Assembly (NCBI GenBank): GCA_002269645.1
Contig: NIVC01000509.1
Coordinates: forward strand, 124,001-188,000
Direction of reading: 5' to 3'
Source: Macrostomum lignano
Lineage: Eukaryota
Length of the DNA stretch: 64,000 nt
Under the pieces are notes generated by a model. It made no database searches. It worked only from the letters and a program-made list of their open reading frames with translations, and was not told where the DNA came from. Positions 60,639-64,000 of the stretch are shown one piece after another. The position numbers and the translations under genes are program-made. Position 1 is the stretch's first letter. Every line of letters starts with the position of its first letter.

Positions 60639-63116
60639 TCAGAAGCCCATCACTGGCTGAGGTGCCGCCGGTGCCGTTCTGCGATTTTTTGGCTTCCTCT
60701 GTCTCGTCCTGATGCTGTCTTTGCGAAGAGTGAGAGGCCGGTTCACCTGCGGCGGTTGGTTAGTTAGTATTTTTAATGACCTCAGTCCCAATACTGCGAG
60801 TTGATCTAGACAGAAATGGCACTTATCTAGAACAGAAATGGCACTTATCTAAAACAGAAATGGCACATATCTAGACAGAAATGGCACTTATCTAGAAAGA
60901 AATGGCACTTACTCGTATCTGACAGAAATGGCACTTATCTAGAACAGAAATGGCACTTATCTAGAACAGAAATGGCACTTATCTAAAACAGAAATGGCAC
61001 ATATCTAGAAAGAAATGGCACTTACTCGTATCTGACAGAAATGGCACTTATCTAGAACAGAAATGGCACTTATCTAGAACAGAAATGGCACTTATCTAAA
61101 ACAGAAATGGCACATATCTAGACAGAAATGGCACTTATCTAGAAAGAAATGGCACTTACTCGTATCTGACAGAAATGGCACTTATCTAGAGCAGAAATGG
61201 CACATATCTAGACAGAAATGGCACTTATCTAGAAAGAAATGGCACTTACTCGTATCTGACAGAAATGGCACTTATCTAGAACAGAAATGGCACTTATCTA
61301 GAACAGAAATGGCACTTATCTAAAACAGAAATGGCACTTATCTAGAACAGAAATGGCACTTATCTAAAACAGAAATGGCACATATCTAGACAGAAATGGC
61401 ACTTATCTAGAAAGAAATGGCACTTACTCGTATCTGACAGAAATAGCACTTATCTAGAGCAGAAATGGCACTTATCTAGAAAAAAATGGCACTTACTCGT
61501 ATCTGACAGAAATGGCACTTATCTAGAGCAGAAATGGCACTTATCTAGAACAGAAATGGCACTTATCTAGACAGAAATGGCACTTACACGTATCTGACAG
61601 AAATGGCACTTATCTAAAACAGAAATGGCACTTATCTAGACAGAAATGGCACTTATCTAGACAGAAATGGCACTTATCTAGACAGAAATGGCACTTATCT
61701 AGACAGAAATGGCACTTATCTAGACAGAAATGGCACTTACTCGTATCTGACAGAAATGGCACTTATCTAGAACAGAAATGGCACTTATCTAGAACAGAAA
61801 TGGCACTTATCTAAAACAGAAATGGCACATATCTAGACAGAAATGGCACTTATCTAGAAAGAAATGGCACTTACTCGTATCTGACAGAAATGGCACTTAT
61901 CTAGAGCAGAAATGGCACATATCTAGACAGAAATGGCACTTATCTAGAAAGAAATGGCACTTACTCGTATCTGACAGAAATGGCACTTATCTAGAACAGA
62001 AATGGCACTTATCTAGAACAGAAATGGCACTTATCTAAAACAGAAATGGCACTTATCTAGAACAGAAATGGCACTTATCTAAAACAGAAATGGCACATAT
62101 CTAGACAGAAATGGCACTTATCTAGAAAGAAATGGCACTTACTCGTATCTGACAGAAATAGCACTTATCTAGAGCAGAAATGGCACTTATCTAGAAAAAA
62201 ATGGCACTTACTCGTATCTGACAGAAATGGCACTTATCTAGAGCAGAAATGGCACTTATCTAGAACAGAAATGGCACTTATCTAGACAGAAATGGCACTT
62301 ACTCGTATCTGACAGAAATGGCACTTATCTAAAACAGAAATGGCACTTATCTAGACAGAAATGGCACTTATCTAGACAGAAATGGCACTTATCTAGACAG
62401 AAATGGCACTTATCTAGACAGAAATGGCACTTATCTAGACAGAAATGGCACTTATCTAGAACAGAAATGGCACTTATCTAGACAGAAATGGCACTTATCT
62501 AGAACAGAAATGGCACTTATCTAGACAGAAATGGCACTTATCTAGACAGAAATGGCACTTATCTAGACAGAAATGGCACTTATCTAGACAGAAATGGCAC
62601 TTATCTAGACAGAAATGGCACTTATCTAGACAGAAATGGCACTTATCTAGACAGAAATGGCACTTATCTAGACAGAAATGGCACTTATCTAGACAGAAAT
62701 GGCACTTATCTAGACAGAAATGGCACTTATCTAGACAGAAATGGCACTTATCTAGACAGAAATGGCACTTATCTAGACAGAAATGGCACTTATCTAGACA
62801 GAAAGGTTCAATTCATACGAATTAGTACAAAATTAAACGATTAGCGTTCTAAAGCGTGCAGAGAGGTCCTTACCAAGTGCAGCTTGTAGTAAAGTCCGCA
62901 CGCGTTGCACACGGTTGAACCCGTGACTGCGTCCCGTCTCCACAGGGTTGTCTCGGTTGTGCCGCAGTTGGTGCACTGCTGCTGAAGCTGCGGCTGTTGC
63001 TGCTGCTGTTGCTGCTGTTGCTGCTGCAGGTATTGCACTTTTGACTCAGACTGCTTTTGAGTCTGCTGCGTGCGCGGCACTGACTGGAGCATTGACCAGC
63101 TGGCTTGGTGATCCAT
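60639..63116 (-). CDS. GATA-type zinc-finger transcription factor (one finger seen; may be 5'-incomplete)
   Basis: Exons 63116-62874 (polyQ + [34 protein letters not shown]) and 60746-60639 ([20 protein letters not shown]...stop). The intron sits at the position typical of animal GATA genes. Confidence 0.88.
60810..62805. repeat. 21-bp minisatellite (AGAAATGGCACTTATCTAGAC) filling the GATA intron
   Basis: About 2 kb with higher-order duplicated blocks. Confidence 0.97.
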
Positions 63117-63139
63117 CTGTGGATTCATGAGTGAGGTCT

Positions 63140-63375
63140 TGTTATGGAGTGAGGTCATGTATGGAGTGAGTTCATGTATGGAGTGAGGTCATGTATGGAG
63201 TGAGTTCATGTATGGAGTGAGTTCATGTATGGAGTGAGTTCATGTATGGAGTGAGGTCATGTATGGAGTGAGTTCATGTATGGAGTGAGGTCATGTATGG
63301 AGTGAGTTCATGTATGGAGTGAGGTCATGTATGGAGTGAGTTCATGTATGGAGTGAGATCATGTATGGAGTGAGT
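63140..63375. repeat. 17-bp minisatellite (ATGTATGGAGTGAG(T/G)TC)
   Basis: Period 17. Confidence 0.94.
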
Positions 63376-63834
63376 TATTTTTCAGTTCTGACTCACGGGT
63401 TCTCAGAAAAAAGCAAATTATTTCCTACTTTGCTAATCCAAAAGAACCGATTTACTCAAGTTGAGAAAATCACACCAGAAGAGAACTTAAATCTTTAAAG
63501 AGGCGTTGAGAAACAAAGAAGCAGCATGGCGGGTTCTTTGATTTAAGCTTTGTGAACTGCATGGCCTGTTTATTCTTTTCTGCTTTTACTTTGCTTGCCT
63601 TCTCTGTCCCAGGGGTGCTGGCGTGTGGGTGGAACCAGGGCTATCAATCAGGACCGAGTCTTATGAACAAATTACAGGCTGGGTGCAATTGCAGTACTCG
63701 AAAGAAAGAGCTTGCATAAGTGAGAATTTCAGTTCTAGTTTCACTTTCACAGTGATATTTTTGTTGTTTCGCCATTTTTATAGGGGAATGTAAAAATTTC
63801 ACGGCAAAAAAGATTCCAGATCCTAGACCGGAAA

Positions 63835-64000
63835 TCCTTAATCCCAAATCCCCAATCCCAGATCCCCAATATCGAATCCCAGATCCCCAATCCCAGATCC
63901 CCAATCCCAGATGCCCAATCCCAGATCCCCAATCCTAGATCCCCAATTCCAGATCCCCAATCCTAGATCCCCAATCCCAGATCTCCAATCCTAAATCCCA
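63835..64000. repeat. 15-bp minisatellite (CCCAATCCCAGATCC), runs off the window
   Basis: Direct observation. Confidence 0.9.

Overview
Eukaryotic (animal) genomic DNA with GC-rich exons, AT-rich spacers and unusually dense intronic minisatellites. The overall style suggests a free-living flatworm such as Macrostomum; this is inference only. Hand-reconstructed protein genes, in order: TMEM55/PIP4P (-, 4 exons); DHRS1-like SDR (+, intronless) and a truncated tandem paralog; BLOC1S4 (+, 3 exons); RPS20 (+, intronless); a MATH-BTB protein (+, 3 exons); SLMAP (+, 4 exons); an intronless RING/coiled-coil/beta-propeller TRIM-like gene with an FxF-repeat insert (+); POLR2D/RPB4 (+); a head-to-head pair of highly divergent SLC6-like membrane proteins (one with a 1-nt frameshift); and a GATA factor (-) with an atypical finger. 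Mobile DNA: a near-intact 5.4-kb LOA/R1-group LINE (ORF1; APE-RT-RNase H; TAATG stop-start junction; TAAG tail), an hAT-type MITE with an 8-bp TSD, a second TIR element, tRNA-derived CORE-like SINEs and a foldback-like satellite at the left edge. About 25 distinct tandem arrays are present, and most long ORFs in the supplied track are artefacts of them. Most interesting: the atypical SLC6-like inverted pair with gene-conversion tracts, the one-private-minisatellite-per-intron pattern, the TRIM-like FxF protein and the LINE.
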